A stretch of DNA of 64,000 bases from Cyanidioschyzon merolae. Taxonomy: Eukaryota. Position 1 is the stretch's first letter, and each line of letters starts with the position of its first letter. Location of the stretch: the NCBI GenBank assembly GCA_000091205.1, contig AP006488.2, one strand, 5' to 3'. Made by a program: the position numbers and the translations under genes. Shown here in pieces: positions 1-12,199 of this stretch. The notes beneath the pieces are model-generated. The model was not told the DNA's origin. It saw only the letters and a program-made list of their open reading frames with translations, and did no database searches.

Positions 1-1
1 G

Positions 2-1609
2 GCTCGCCTCGCTGTCATTATAGCTGTGATTGGTGCAGGTGCCCTGGTAGCAGATGGAATCCTGACGCCTGCAATCACGGTGGTCAGTGCCTTTCAGGGT
101 ATTCAGGTTGGGTCGCCTTCATTTCCTACCGGCGCCGTTGTCGGCTTGAGTATCGGTGTGCTTTTTCTCGTCTTTCTGGGCCAGTTTCTGGGCTCATCGC
201 GCCTGGGAATCACCTACGGCCCCGTTCTGGTGGTTTTCTTCGTCGCGCAAGCCATGCTTGGCATGTACGGGATCACAAAGTATCCCGCGATTTTCAAAGC
301 GCTGAATCCGTACTATGCTTTGAAAGGCATCGGCGTATACTGGAATGATGGCAAGGTGGGCTTCCTCAAGATTGCGGACGCGCTGCTCTGTGTGACTGGT
401 TCAGAAGCGATGTATGCAGACATGGGGCATTTTGGGCGCCTGCCCATGCGCCTGGGCTGGTTCACGATCGTGCTGCCGTCGGTTCTGCTGTCGTATTTGG
501 GCCAACTGGCATTACTTGCGTCCAATCCATCACTAGCTGAGACAGCGGGAAACGCTTTGTACTTTTACCAGGCGCCGCGCAGTGTCCTGTGGCCCCTGAT
601 TGTGCTCACGACGTTGGCAGCAATCGTGGCCTCGCAGGCGATCATCAGCGGTGCGTTTTCGATCGTGAGCCAGGCGATTTCCTTGGACCTGCTACCACGG
701 ATGCATATCAAACGCACTGACTGGCGCATTTATGGCCAAGTCTTTATTCCGGAGATGGATCTGGTCATGGGGATTCTAACAGTGGCTGTGACTGCGGGGT
801 TTCAGACGAGTAACGCGCTGACCTCAGCGTACGGTGTGGCTGTCACGACGAGCTTCATCACAACAACATGTTTGTTCGTCATTGTGCTCGTGTTCGTTTG
901 GAAACAGCGCTTCTACGTTTGGCTCAGCTACTTGGCGGTGTTTGGTTTGGTCGACCTCCTGCTCTGGTCGAGTGCCATTACAAAGTTTCCCACCGGCGGC
1001 TATATTCCAGTCATCATCTCTACCGTTTTCATTTTGGCCATGCTTCTCTGGGACTGGGGCACGAAACGAGAACACGAATACTACGAGCGAAAATTACGTG
1101 TTTGGAAAGCACAACAGAGCGAAGGAATTAGACAAGATTCATCGCCGGTGCTCAAGGGTACTTTTGTCTTTCTGGCTGGCTTGCAGCACGGCGTACCGTA
1201 CTCTTTCCAGGTTTTCGTGAGCAAAATTGGTGTGATTCCCCAAACCACCATCTTCGTAACGGTGCGAAACGTTCCAGTGCCGTTCGTCGATGATCATCGG
1301 CGGTTTGTGATTGTGGAGGAGGCACCGGGCCGCTTCCGCGCCCGTATCTACGTCGGGTATGCCCAGTCGATCAGGAGTCTTATGGAGTCTCTACGCGAGG
1401 TACCCGCTGCTTTCTTTCACGAAAGCTTTGGGGAGAAAGTGGTGTTCGTGAAGGGTTACACGGATATTCTCGTGGACTCGCAGCGTCACTGGCTGCACCG
1501 TTTGTTGGTCTACTGCTACCACTACCTGAAGACTATAGCTGCCTCGGTGGACTCGGAACTCGGCATCCCACGAGACCGAGTGGAAATCGGCATGCCGATC
1601 CTTCTTTGA
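2..1609 (+). CDS. KUP/HAK/KT-family potassium transporter, 5' end cut by window edge
   Basis: Frame 2 is open from base 2 (ARLAVIIAVIGAG...) to TGA at 1607-1609. It has a KUP-type N-terminal signature (GALVADGILTPAITVVSAFQGIQV), many hydrophobic helices and a soluble C-terminal domain. Confidence 0.9.
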   Translation, partial: ARLAVIIAVIGAGALVADGILTPAITVVSAFQGIQVGSPSFPTGAVVGLSIGVLFLVFLGQFLGSSRLGITYGPVLVVFFVAQAMLGMYGITKYPAIFKALNPYYALKGIGVYWNDGKVGFLKIADALLCVTGSEAMYADMGHFGRLPMRLGWFTIVLPSVLLSYLGQLALLASNPSLAETAGNALYFYQAPRSVLWPLIVLTTLAAIVASQAIISGAFSIVSQAISLDLLPRMHIKRTDWRIYGQVFIPEMDLVMGILTVAVTAGFQTSNALTSAYGVAVTTSFITTTCLFVIVLVFVWKQRFYVWLSYLAVFGLVDLLLWSSAITKFPTGGYIPVIISTVFILAMLLWDWGTKREHEYYERKLRVWKAQQSEGIRQDSSPVLKGTFVFLAGLQHGVPYSFQVFVSKIGVIPQTTIFVTVRNVPVPFVDDHRRFVIVEEAPGRFRARIYVGYAQSIRSLMESLREVPAAFFHESFGEKVVFVKGYTDILVDSQRHWLHRLLVYCYHYLKTIAASVDSELGIPRDRVEIGMPILL

Positions 1610-1620
1610 GCAGGCCTATA

Positions 1621-1860
1621 ATGGAGCTGCTCGTCGAATGCGGGATTCCATTGTAAAGAGACTTGTTGCGTCTGTCGTTCGCCCAAAGGCGGAAAGCAGT
1701 GCTTTCGTGGAATTGCTCATCGAATGCGGTCTTCGAGCATGCCATGACTTGTTGTATTCTGACGTTCGCCAAACGACAGAGCGCAGTGCCATGGTGGATC
1801 TGCTCACTGAATGCGACGCGAGACTGCGGGGTCGCTTGATGGGTTTGCCTTCCTCTAAAA
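1621..1860. repeat. Degenerate tandem repeat, period about 86-87 bp, about 2.7 units, just 3' of the KUP stop
   Basis: Units start near 1621, 1707 and 1794. Each opens with (a/g)tgga(g/a/t)(c/t)tgctc(g/a)(t/c)(c/t)gaatgcg(g/a) and carries a cgttcgcc(c)aaa(g/c)g...agtgc block. Confidence 0.7.
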
Positions 1861-3490
1861 CGCGCAAACTCCGTTGTCCGCAGCGAATTCTGAGTACATC
1901 GTCATTTAAGCCGAGATCGCAGAGCACTTTGCGCACCGTCTGTGTCCCGGCGCGACAGGTCCCCGATCCAGTGCAATTTCGGATGTCCATGGACGCTGCT
2001 TGTGCTGCTCCATACGAAATTGATTATCGCAAAGCACAGATCCAGATGCTCAGCATGCTCCTGTGATGTCGCGTTTTTGTGCCCTGCATCTCTTTTTTCT
2101 CAAAAGTGTGATCATTCCATCGGACATATCATCTGTTCGGAGAATCCGCGAATCAGACGTTCATGCAGACCAGTCGACGCCGCGGAGCATCTCTGGAGGG
2201 TAGGTCGTCCGCGCAGTCATGCATGAATGCGCTCAAGCTTGGATGTATCGTTATCAATGACCTGAAATCACAAGTCCACATGTCTTCCTATCCTGCGCTA
2301 GGGAGGAGCGTCGCGCCCGCGGCCGCCAAGTAACCAAAACATTCACAAGTATTCCGGAAATCGGCGTGCACATTAGCTGAAGAAGAGCTACCACATGCAG
2401 TGCCGCGGAGCGCGCCTGCTGCATGCACTTCGCTCTCGCCTGGCCATTCATCGATGCCTAACGCATTCAACGCATCTTGGGAATCTTTTCCTTTCAAAAC
2501 TGCTTCACAAAGGACTGAGCTTTGGCGCTCGCTCCAGACGGAAGCATCCACTGAGAATGTTCTCGTGACGTTCATTGCACAACGTGGGCTAGACGGATCC
2601 ACCCTCACCCAGTGAAAGCTTCGATACGGTCACCAGTACGATAAAGCCATACCAATACCGGGCTTTTCGCAACGATACACTCCCACTGCTTCCACCACAA
2701 AACGGAGCGAGCCGTGCAGTCGCCGTGTGTGCGCGCTGCGGCACAGACGCGAACGCCAGTCCAGCGCCCTGCCCAGGTCTGCGTACGCTGCGTTGCGATA
2801 CCACCGCTCTGGATGTCTATGTTGCGCGTTCTGAAGGCAGAATTGCAATTTGCTTGCTCATTCAAACCACAGCATGCTCTAAAAGCAGCGTGGCAACCAA
2901 CAAACAACACCGCACGCAGCAATCGTCACCTGCACCGTGGTGTATACACACACGCGCGCGTGAACTGCTACCTGCAGCATAAACTTTGCCGCACCCAACT
3001 ACCAAAGATTAAAAGCTACGCACACGCTCACGCAACCATACCTGTTCTAGTCCATTTCGATACTTGGGGAAGACGAGGCACTGCTTCCCCGTCATCCAAA
3101 TGCCGCGATGCCGGCACGCATGCATGCACATGCAAATGCGCGAAACGCTTTCCCGCCACATCACGCGATTCGCCTGCGATCGCGCTGATGTGGTACTGAG
3201 GCGCGCGCGCGTCCGGCGCTCCCAGCGCAGCGACGACTCCAGAGCGCACCCTGCCCTGCCGAGCCCGGCCCCAGAGGATAGCATCAGCGCCGCTTCCAGT
3301 CGTCAGTGCACCATGCGATGATCGCGCGCAGGCGTCTGTGGATCGCTTGTCAAGCGGCATCGCTTCATGGCAGGTGAGTGTCCAGTTTTGCTTGTCAAGC
3401 GGCGGTACCTTGTTCAGGAGCTGGTTGCGTGAAGCACGCTGCGTGTGTGAGCGGTTACCAGAAACAGGGCTCGCGGGTGGTGAAGGCCTG

Positions 3491-4579
3491 ATGACCCTCC
3501 GCGGTCGCTTTCCGAGTGACGTGTGGCCCGGGCGGAACCGCTTCTACTGTCGAGGCAGGTGCATCAGTGGACCGGACCCCTGGGGTGCCCTGCTAACGTT
3601 TGCTCTGATCGCTGTTGCCACGGGACTTTTTCTCGCGATACCCGTTCCGTTTCTACTGGAAAACTATGTTCGAACGGGAGTTGCTGTGCTAGCGACGACG
3701 CTGCCGCTTCTTGTGGTGACGCTAACGTCGTTCTTCCTGACGGTTTTCGACGACCCTGGTATCCTGCCTCGCCAGAGCGTTGATCTCTTTGCACGGAGAA
3801 TTCGGCGTAACGCGCCGCTTCTTCGGAAGAAGGAGGTGTATTATGACGGTCAACGCTTTGTCTTGAAATACTGCGAGACCTGTCAGCTATACCGACCACC
3901 GCGCTGCTCTCACTGCTCTTCGTGCAATAACTGCGTCGAGCGCTTCGATCATCACTGCCCGTGGGTGAGCAACTGCGTGGGTTTGCGTAACTACCGCACG
4001 TTCTTCATCTTCATATCATCTTGTTTGGTGCTGTCGGGGCTCGTAGTGGCGTACACCATTCTCTACCTGGTGGACGTGTCGAACCAGAAGGTAAGCATCG
4101 GAGCATCGTCGACTGGGTTTGCGGGCTTTGCCCGCTCGCTTTCGAACGGCCCTACCGCTGCGAGCCTGGTCTCCTTAATCATTGCCTTATTTGGTGTGGT
4201 GTTTACGGGCGCGCTTACTGTTTTCCATACGGTGCTTATATTCACGAACAAGACCACTGCTGAGTCCTTTAAGTACACGTTTCGGGGCCATGCTAGTCCT
4301 TTTCAGCCGAAGGGTCTGAAAAATCTGGCCAAGGTGTTGTGTTCGAGGAAGCCCCCGAGCAAAGTTAAGGTGAACGCCCATATTGACCCGAAGTTTCTTG
4401 AGATGATCCTCATTGATCCAAGAGATCTCGAAGCGGCTGCCCAGAATATGGAACTCGATTTGTCTTGGTATCATCCGCTGGATTTGCAAAGAGCACCAGC
4501 GAGTTACAAGTATGATCGAGTGATCTTGCCGGTACCGAATTCTGCGCGGACGTCAGCCGTTCAACAACAAGGCGAATAA
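3491..4579 (+). CDS. DHHC-type zinc-finger protein S-acyltransferase
   Basis: The DHHCPW motif sits in a Cys-rich domain ([37 protein letters not shown]) flanked by four predicted TM helices. The listed ORF starts at GTG 3338; the first ATG in frame is 3491 (MTLRGRF...). Confidence 0.9.
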   Translation: MTLRGRFPSDVWPGRNRFYCRGRCISGPDPWGALLTFALIAVATGLFLAIPVPFLLENYVRTGVAVLATTLPLLVVTLTSFFLTVFDDPGILPRQSVDLFARRIRRNAPLLRKKEVYYDGQRFVLKYCETCQLYRPPRCSHCSSCNNCVERFDHHCPWVSNCVGLRNYRTFFIFISSCLVLSGLVVAYTILYLVDVSNQKVSIGASSTGFAGFARSLSNGPTAASLVSLIIALFGVVFTGALTVFHTVLIFTNKTTAESFKYTFRGHASPFQPKGLKNLAKVLCSRKPPSKVKVNAHIDPKFLEMILIDPRDLEAAAQNMELDLSWYHPLDLQRAPASYKYDRVILPVPNSARTSAVQQQGE

Positions 4580-5949
4580 GTTATTTCGCGCGTATACCGA
4601 CCGAAGATGATGGCAGCTTCGCCAGGTCGCCCTATTGACCAGGGATATGCTCGTTGTGTGTATCGGTTGCGGCTCCGGGAAAACGCTCACATCGTGTGGC
4701 TCTCGCGTGGAATGCGGGCGCTGGCGACTCGAAGCACGATGGTAACCGCCACGTCGAGTAGAGTGCTTTCGAGATGCGATGTTGACGCGACGACGGCGTT
4801 GTTTTAGTTCGAGCGGTACCTGGGATAGGCAGGTTGCCTCTGAACCGCTCGTTCATTCAGCAAAGATGCTGTCGACGCTCACACCGATCTGGTATGACTC
4901 GTTCCGGATGGAGTGGCGGGCATCAACGCTTATGCCGCAGGTGTTTGTCCATAGTCGCGCATACTGTGCAAGTGGACCCTCGTATCGCAAGGAGTCGCCT
5001 CGCCTAGAGGGAGAAGGCGCCTTCCAGTGGCCATTGCGGATACGGCCTTGTTTTGGATTCTCTTGCGCTGTGAGGCTGTGTTCAGGTTTTATTCGAACGC
5101 TTGTGTTCGCGTGTTTCTACTTGAAGCGGTGCTAGCGTGGCGCATCACAACCATCCTTCGATCGCCTAGTCAGAGATCTCTGACCTTTCAGTTTCGTGGT
5201 CGCGCACCAGAAACCTCTCAGCAATTACTTTTACAGGCTCCGAGTGTCAAGTGTTTTGACAGCGATTTGAGCAGGAAATTGGCTCTAACCCGTGTCGCAA
5301 GCGCACAGCATGCGTCTTTGAAAGGGCTACGTTTTCAACAAAAATGGAAATCAAGAGACTGGCAGCGCTGTGCCAGCACGCTTGCCTCGGAACCATGGTG
5401 GAGAATTTCGGTCATTTGCATCGACCAGTCGTGTATAGCGGAGATGCTGGTCACCGCAGTGTCCCTCACTCGGGCTGTACGACCCCTGGGCCGTATGTCA
5501 TGTGAGCACTCGACGAAGAAATCACCTGCGGGACGCTGTAGTACGTTTATAAGCCTGGTTCATGGAAGCACTTGTGTTCCCCGACCGCAACTCAATATCT
5601 GTTTACTGCCAGGGAGCGCAGGTAACCCACGGCAGCGGCCAAACGCATCCACGGCTTCAGCGAGCCGGCTTACGCAGAGGTCCCGCATGTCTTTCGTAAA
5701 CGGGGAAGCCCTCTATGTCGTCTGGAGCCTACCAGAGTACCCAGTTCGATGGGCAGTGCATCAGATCCCCTGAGTGCATGCCATAAACATGGGACGCTTT
5801 GTTTCGATTTCGATGGTTCACAAACAGACGAGCATGCGTATGGACGCATCCACGAGGACAGGGATCCAGTGAGGGTTCAACCTATGTCCCGTTACAGCGG
5901 GGTCGTCTGTGAACGCTGGACGCGCGCTTGCTTCCCACCTGGACAGACT

Positions 5950-6190
5950 TCACAGGCGTCGACGTGCCACGACCGCACCGGCGCTATAGGCGGTACCACC
6001 GACGATCAGGGCAAGCACTCGATGCACGGTAGAATGTATGAAGCGACTCGTATATCCGAGAAGAGGTATGGGCTATGGGACTCGGTGAATCGAGCGGTGC
6101 TTCACCGCGCGCTGATATCAAGCGCAGAGACAAGGAATGCTAGCCTGTGTGTCTATGATTGTCTAATTAAAGATGGAAATGGAAAGCGAC
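5950..6190 (-). mobile_element. Dispersed repeat B, copy 1: integrase-like (zinc-finger region) relic
   Basis: The plus strand aligns with 47885-48130 (gaccgcaccggcgctataggcg...tatatccgagaaga(g/a)g). Minus-strand frames give LLGYTSRFIH...AYSAGAV and, after a frameshift, SWHVDACEVCPGGKQ, which resembles the GHxG...CxxC...K N-terminus of retroelement integrases. Frames are broken. Confidence 0.4.
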
Positions 6191-6260
6191 GGATGCTGGT
6201 GCTGGCACACCTGCGTCGCCTCCTACGCCATGTATTTGTAGTGTTCAGTACGACGTTTCG

Positions 6261-7046
6261 ATGTGTGTTCGATCAAATAGCGCGATAGCGGGTAGACGGG
6301 TCTCGCGATGGGTGCTGCTCATAACGACGCTGCTCTTTTTGGTAGTGTCGCAGCCGCCAGACTGGCTTGGGCGGCAGACGCAGCAGCTGCCGGTGTCACG
6401 GGAGCCTGACTGGTCCAGTAGCCTCCGGAGCACGGCAGCGTTGTTACGGGTGTCGTCTTGGCTTCCACGGGTGGCGCTCGCTGAGGCCGCACAGTCGTAC
6501 TACACAGTGCTGGGGGTTTCGCGAGACGCTACCGAGCGAGAAATCAAGCGGGCATACCTCAAACTCGCGAAACGGTACCATCCGGACAAGAATCGCGGTG
6601 ACAAAAAAGCCGAGCGAAAGTTCCGACTCATTGCTCGAGCCTACGAGGTTTTGAGCGATACAGAGAAACGGAGAGTATACGACCAGCTGGGCGAGGAGGG
6701 CCTGCGTCAGCAGGAGCAGGGTGGCAGCCAAACCGGACCCTACCAGGGCCAGTCTGGTCAATTCCAGCAGTTCTTTTTCCCTGGAGGCGGACCTTTTGGA
6801 CACCAACATGGGTCGAACTTTCGCTTCAGCTTTCAAGATAACGGAGGAAGGGCCGGAGGCGCCTTCGATACAGGTTTCCCTTTTGAGGACCTCTTCAACG
6901 AGTTTATGGGTAGTAACCCGGGCGGTTCTCGCCAGCGTCGCACCTTCCAACAGAGACGCCGCCCTGGTGGTTACCAGCGTTGTGAAGAGACAAAAATATG
7001 CTCAAATGGGCGCTGTCAGACGCGAATCACCTGTAGCACGATTTAG
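6261..7046 (+). CDS. DnaJ/Hsp40 J-domain protein with hydrophobic N-terminus and Gly/Phe-rich region
   Basis: ATG at 6261. J domain [32 protein letters not shown]...[20 protein letters not shown], followed by a G/F-rich tract. N-terminal hydrophobic segment [13 protein letters not shown]. Confidence 0.85.
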   Translation: MCVRSNSAIAGRRVSRWVLLITTLLFLVVSQPPDWLGRQTQQLPVSREPDWSSSLRSTAALLRVSSWLPRVALAEAAQSYYTVLGVSRDATEREIKRAYLKLAKRYHPDKNRGDKKAERKFRLIARAYEVLSDTEKRRVYDQLGEEGLRQQEQGGSQTGPYQGQSGQFQQFFFPGGGPFGHQHGSNFRFSFQDNGGRAGGAFDTGFPFEDLFNEFMGSNPGGSRQRRTFQQRRRPGGYQRCEETKICSNGRCQTRITCSTI

Positions 7047-7351
7047 GCGTGCCGCTGTACAGAGACGCTGCGCAAGAGCATACAAGTTACTCGTTCGTTC
7101 GCATTGTAGCAAGCTTTGGAGGATCCATGGTACTTGCATGGCTTTGTAAGCGCTTCTGTGACACGTTCTTGTTGACGCGACCCCGCACTGCCCATCGAGC
7201 CGGACGCTTTCCGGAAGCCGTGCTGATTGCAAGAGGCCAGCATATGGTACCGCCCGAGCGCTTCAATCCTTAGAGCAAGTGTTTACTCGGCCGTTATCAT
7301 TAGTCATTGCAGGAAAGGTAATCGTCGCAGTAGTCGTTTACATCGATGTCA

Positions 7352-8800
7352 GAATAAAGCGCAATTGGTTCCCTAGCTCGGACGTACACTCCGTAGTTTG
7401 GGTCGCTTCCCACTGGTATCAACACCTGAGTTGCAGGCTTTTTCTGCGACTGCGTCCTCCCGCTCTCTCGTATCTGCGGCTTCAAATAAGACCGTCTCCC
7501 CTGTACCTCGAGCTCCGTTGTCACTAGTCGGACGGTATTGATGGTAGCGTTCATGGTCCGATTTCGCTGTGTCCGGCTGCTGTCGACGCATTCCACGCGC
7601 AGACGGGTGTTGTTGCGATCCAGACTGCGGCTTGCCATTTTCATCCGCTCTGGACATAGATTCCGTGCTCCATTTTCACAGTAGTGAAACTGGGCTACGG
7701 TCAGGCGCTCCCGCATTTCTTAGACGCATTCTCCTCCGAGGACCATGCTGTGACGTATGAGCTTTTCATTCATCGCTGGGCACATGTCCGTATCGGATAC
7801 AGCAGACTCCACTTGACTCACTCCTCTATTTCCGCGCCTGAGTGCCATAACCCAGGATCACACGCTTGTTCCTTGCGATCACTATGACGAGTATGCTGTC
7901 CGTTGCACGCGCACACTGTTTCAGTCTACAGCGTATTTGTGGAACGCGATGCCGTCCATAACGAGACATGTGCCAGAAGGTGAACCCTGCCTGGAGAACA
8001 AGTCGAGAAATTTCGATCGGTCCAGGATCCTTTCGTGCAAAGTGATGAAGCACGCTCCGACAGCAGCAAATCGCTGAGGTGACTGAAAACCGAGTCCGTG
8101 ATCGTCTTCCATAGAAACGCGAGAGACGGGAGCTCCCGCGGGCATACCCCGGCGAGAGGTATCATGCTGCTGTGAAATTCCATTTCGAGCATGGCCACGT
8201 AGAGAAGAGAGTTTGTCTTTCGAACGGAGTCGATTATTTGAAGTGCCAAGTTCGGAAAAATTTCGTCATGAAATTATGAACGCCTACTCAAGGAATGACA
8301 TCGAGTTTTTTCTTCGTCGTCCATCCAGAGGTGCGAATACCTGCGCCCACAAGTTGCCTTGAGACAGAGAGATTGAAAACTTGATGAATGTGCGATTGGA
8401 ACGTGCTACACACGTTACGAAAGAACAAGAATGGACGCTTATACGCATGGACTTGATAGTGATATCGGTTATTTTAGGAACCTTTGTTCGCGGGCGTCGC
8501 GAATCGTCTTCATTCTGGTCGCGTCATGGATTTCAGCGGAAAAGCGTCGAAGAAGCGACGTCGAAAACACGCCCGAGCAACTTGGAAAAACTACGTATGG
8601 ATCCGCAATTTCTCTTTGATGCAATTCGGATATTGAAACTGCAAATGTGAAAAACAATTCGCAAAACAATCGACACGCAGCAACAGAGCAACCACTTCAG
8701 TGTTCCACATTGGTCTTAAACATGAGTGTACTGCCAGAGAGCCCGGCGAGACTCCGAGAACCCGAATTCATAGCCACTCGCGAACAACGTACGGCATCCT
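7352..8800 (-). mobile_element. RT-bearing repeat family A, copy A1 (old, decayed)
   Basis: The plus strand is collinear with 24219-25560. Minus-frame peptides are QIIDSVRKTNSLLYVAMLEMEFHSS (RT motif 1-2 like), GFQSPQRFAAVG and FTFAVSISEL. The 138-aa ORF 7300..7716 lies inside it. The upper boundary is approximate. Confidence 0.6.
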
Positions 8801-9389
8801 TGTAGCAGAGGTACTGCTTACGGGTCGCGTATCAAAGGTCGCAAACAGAGGCTTTCCTTCACCTCGTCGCCGCCGCGTCCCAGCGAAATTCCACCTGCAT
8901 CGCTCGCGATATTCTAGTTAGAGAGCACCACGCGACCACCAATAATCTTGCTCTTGATTCGAAAAGATTAATGAATGCTATGTGAAATAGATTCCGCGGC
9001 AGTGGCTTCAACAGCGAACGCTTACCAGCTCGTACCTCACTTGCTCAGAGCGCAGTAGCCTTCATGCAACTCAGCGCGCAGCCGGACAAGTTTACCTCTT
9101 TCTTTACTTTCAAGGACAGAAACTGCGTACCTCGCACTTTTCACGTCATCAACAAGCCAATCTCAGCTTGAACTTGAACTTCCAACAGCAGTCATCTGCA
9201 GTCCACAAGACCTCTTTCAACACACACAGCGCCCTTCTGAAGATACCAGCGCTCGATGCGCTGGAGGCATCGGGCACCCGCGCCATCGCGACGATCCTGG
9301 CGTGCTGCTCATCCGTTGGCGCTGCCAGCCCCGAGAGCGTAACCATACGGTTCAGCAGTCCGTTCTGCGCGCCATATCAAGAAGAACGA

Positions 9390-10637
9390 ATGGGCTCTAC
9401 GACTGCTGTACTGCCCGTTGGCAACGCCGATGGGTCGCTAACGCTGACAAAGCACACAGCGACTGAAAAAGAGAGTCGGACGCTGGCGCTGGAAGACGCG
9501 TTCCTGCGGCTGAAACGCTTGCAACGTCACTACGAACTGCTCTGTATCCAAGAGGAGTACGTGAAAGACGAGCTTCGCCATCTTCAACGAGAGTTCGTGC
9601 ACGCCCAGGAGGAGGTTAGACGAATTCAGTCGGTTCCACTTGTTCTGGGAAGTTTTCTGGAAGCTATCGATGAGCACTACGTCATAGTGAGCAGTACAAC
9701 TGGAGCAAACTCGTACGTGCGGTGTCTGTCCACCGTTAATCGTGAACTCCTCAAACCGAACGCTACGGTTGCTTTACATCGCCACTCTAATGCACTGGTA
9801 GATACACTGCCGCCCGAGTCGGACTCGAGCATTGCAATACTAGAGCAGAGCGAAAAGCCCGATGTCACCTATGCTGATATTGGCGGCCTCGATACCCAGA
9901 AACAAGAGATTCGTGAGGCAGTTGAGCTCCCTCTAACAAACCCGGAGCTCTTTCTATCCATCGGCATTGATCCGCCGCGCGGTGTCTTGCTCTACGGACC
10001 ACCGGGTACCGGCAAGACGCTACTGGCGAAAGCAGTTGCGCATCATACAACCGCCGCCTTCATTCGTGTGCAAGCCTCGCAACTTGTGCAGAAATACCTC
10101 GGCGAGGGCCCACGCATGGTTCGTGACATATTTCGTCTTGCCCGCGAAAACCAGCCGGCTATTGTGTTTATCGATGAGATCGACGCGGTAGCAACCAAGC
10201 GCTTTGATGCGCAAACCGGGGCCGATCGTGAAGTGCAGCGCATTCTCATGGAGCTTCTTCAGTGCATGGACGGATTCGATCAACAAGATAATGTGAAAGT
10301 GATCATGGCTACGAATCGGGCCGATACGCTAGATCCAGCGTTGTTGCGCCCAGGGCGCTTGGATCGCAAGATTGAATTTCCGGTGCCAGACCGCCGCCAG
10401 AAGCGCCAAATATTTCAGGTCATCACGGGGAAAATGAACCTCGCCGAAGACGTCGACCTTGAGGAGTTCGTGTCGCGACCAGATCATCTATCCGGTGCTG
10501 CTATTGCTGCGATCTGTCAACAGGCGGGCATGTTGGCTGTGCGCAACAATCGATATGTGGTGCTCCACAAGGATTTCGATATCGCCTACAAGGAGAATGT
10601 CGGTAAGGACGAAACCGAGTTCGCATTTTATCGCTGA
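9390..10637 (+). CDS. RPT3: 26S proteasome regulatory ATPase subunit Rpt3 (6B/PSMC4 type)
   Basis: Near-collinear with recalled Rpt3 sequence: [28 protein letters not shown], Walker [19 protein letters not shown], Walker [10 protein letters not shown]-terminal EFAFYR. The ORF track starts at TTG 9168; the first sensible ATG is 9390 (MGSTTAV), giving 415 aa. Confidence 0.95.
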   Translation: MGSTTAVLPVGNADGSLTLTKHTATEKESRTLALEDAFLRLKRLQRHYELLCIQEEYVKDELRHLQREFVHAQEEVRRIQSVPLVLGSFLEAIDEHYVIVSSTTGANSYVRCLSTVNRELLKPNATVALHRHSNALVDTLPPESDSSIAILEQSEKPDVTYADIGGLDTQKQEIREAVELPLTNPELFLSIGIDPPRGVLLYGPPGTGKTLLAKAVAHHTTAAFIRVQASQLVQKYLGEGPRMVRDIFRLARENQPAIVFIDEIDAVATKRFDAQTGADREVQRILMELLQCMDGFDQQDNVKVIMATNRADTLDPALLRPGRLDRKIEFPVPDRRQKRQIFQVITGKMNLAEDVDLEEFVSRPDHLSGAAIAAICQQAGMLAVRNNRYVVLHKDFDIAYKENVGKDETEFAFYR

Positions 10638-11148
10638 ATAACGACACGCGCACAAGCGCCGCAGTGGCTGCTGTGGCGACGCTGGCGCCGTGCTCCACAC
10701 AGATCCACGTTTCAGGAGGTTGAAACCATAAACACATGGGGACCGCTTGACATGAAGCACTCGGACGCCCCTGTCTCCGTCTTGTTCATGTCTGTGATGG
10801 CGATGTTTTCCAGAGCATGTCGAAAGCAGTGGCGTTGCCAGAGGCGCTGTGCAGGGCGCCTTGCCCGGGTTCGAGCGCTCTATTCGCTTAGACGAAAGCA
10901 GGTGCTGGTCGTCTCACAGGGAGCGCTGAGCGCCAGACGCTGTGTCGAAATGTATGCCTGACCCATGAGAAAGACGCAGCGGATAGCGAACCAGTGCTTC
11001 CCTGCTTCAATGCAGGTCTGCTGCGGATCCAAGGCGCACAGCCTCCGTTCTAGCGTGTATACCACGGGGCAGCGCTCGACATCGCTTCGCATCGCTACTC
11101 GAGGGGGTCGCTCGACGCAGAGAGACTATGGAGTCTTTGGCTGAAAAT

Positions 11149-12072
11149 TCAGCGCTTCTTGTAGAGACAAGGTTTCAGGGAAGGCATCTCGATGATGTGA
11201 ATCCTGCGCGCTGCTGATTCGGTCGCCTCGAATACGAAAAGCGTAAAGTAATCATGAAGCTGGCGATGTTCTTGTAGCCGCAGTCCGAGCGATTCGAGTG
11301 CGACGACAAAGTCTGCCTCGACCGAGCTCGACATCGTGGATGCCGTCGTCGATGCACCCCGTTGCAGCTGGACCCGAGCGCCGGGCGTGTCCCGGGTTTC
11401 CGCTCGGCTCTGAAAACGGCTTGTTATTTCGATAATGAGCAGCAAACCGGATCGAGTCGGGTCGCAACGCAAAAGGCGGAGGCCTTCCTTGACCATCGCG
11501 CCGTAATTGGGACCCATGAGTGAAAGACAGAAAACGACTGCATCTGCGCAGTCGTTGGGTAGACCAGTGCCCCGTGCCAGATCACAGGCCGTCACGAGTT
11601 CGTTTGCCGCAACCAAGTCGTATGAATGCACCTCGACAGTGAAACCGTTTCGGGCCGACCAAGAGTTGGCGAGTCTGCTATCCAGCGAGGCAGCGATGGT
11701 TGCCTCACCACAACCCATGTCGACGATCGAAAAGGCTTGAGCATTGAAAGTGGTGTTCAGCGGATGCGCTTTGGTGCCCCGCATGCGATGAAACTGGTGT
11801 ATCCGCCGCTTCAGCAGCTCCAGGCACACTTGCGTTGGGTTCAGGGGCCACTTTGCGACCTGTTCCTGATAACCCTTATGATAGAGGGCAAAGAGTTCAG
11901 GCTGTTTCAGAAACAGCTGAAATACCTCGTGCGAGTCTAGCGAGTAAAGTTGCTCGTTCAAGTACCGAAAGTGCGCTGCACGTAGACGAGCCTCTAGTTG
12001 GCTTTGCAACCGCGTTAACGCAGACGGTTTGTGACCCTGGTCTTTTCGACGGACCTTGTGCCGTGTTGGCAT
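11149..12072 (-). CDS. RRP8: Rrp8-type rRNA-processing SAM-dependent methyltransferase
   Basis: ATG at 12072. Motifs are HFRYLNEQLY, LYHKGYQEQVAKWPLNP, the SAM-binding IVDMGCGEA, and DAVVFCLSLMGPNY, typical of the Rrp8 family. Confidence 0.85.
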   Translation of the reverse strand: MPTRHKVRRKDQGHKPSALTRLQSQLEARLRAAHFRYLNEQLYSLDSHEVFQLFLKQPELFALYHKGYQEQVAKWPLNPTQVCLELLKRRIHQFHRMRGTKAHPLNTTFNAQAFSIVDMGCGEATIAASLDSRLANSWSARNGFTVEVHSYDLVAANELVTACDLARGTGLPNDCADAVVFCLSLMGPNYGAMVKEGLRLLRCDPTRSGLLLIIEITSRFQSRAETRDTPGARVQLQRGASTTASTMSSSVEADFVVALESLGLRLQEHRQLHDYFTLFVFEATESAARRIHIIEMPSLKPCLYKKR

Positions 12073-12199
12073 CGCTTGACGCTCCGGGTCCCTGGCACTT
12101 ACGGCCTGGGTTCACTCGGAAACCACGAGTTTTTGAAGGCGCAGTCCTGCGCGCTACCGCCTACGTTGAAGCTGGAGGAGCGTTGCGCGTATGGATGTT

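Noticed and set aside
2254-3360. Dense stack of overlapping 60-160-aa ORFs on both strands between the KUP and DHHC genes
   Set aside because: None has an ATG start in good context or any motif, and the region is GC-rich with (CA/GC) low-complexity runs, so this is a compositional artefact. It is left as an intergenic or promoter region.
5027-5773. 248-aa plus-strand ORF, and the adjoining 179-aa ORF 5749..6288
   Set aside because: It starts at GTG, has no motifs and sits in a TE-relic region. The 179-aa ORF owes its only conserved stretch (CHDRTGAIGG...ISEKRYG) to repeat B read on the wrong strand.
7300-7716. 138-aa ATG-initiated ORF considered as an independent small gene
   Set aside because: Its DNA is collinear with the 3' part of the family-A repeat (it aligns to 24219-24620), so it is the least-decayed tail of copy A1 rather than a host gene.
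9168-9389. N-terminal extensions implied by the alternative (TTG/GTG) starts in the ORF track, shown here for Rpt3 and also applying to 3338, 19879, 35416, 51729 and 55692
   Set aside because: The gene content is eukaryotic, and the extensions add no conserved sequence. The first in-frame ATG gives family-typical protein lengths, so the prokaryote-style starts were not used.
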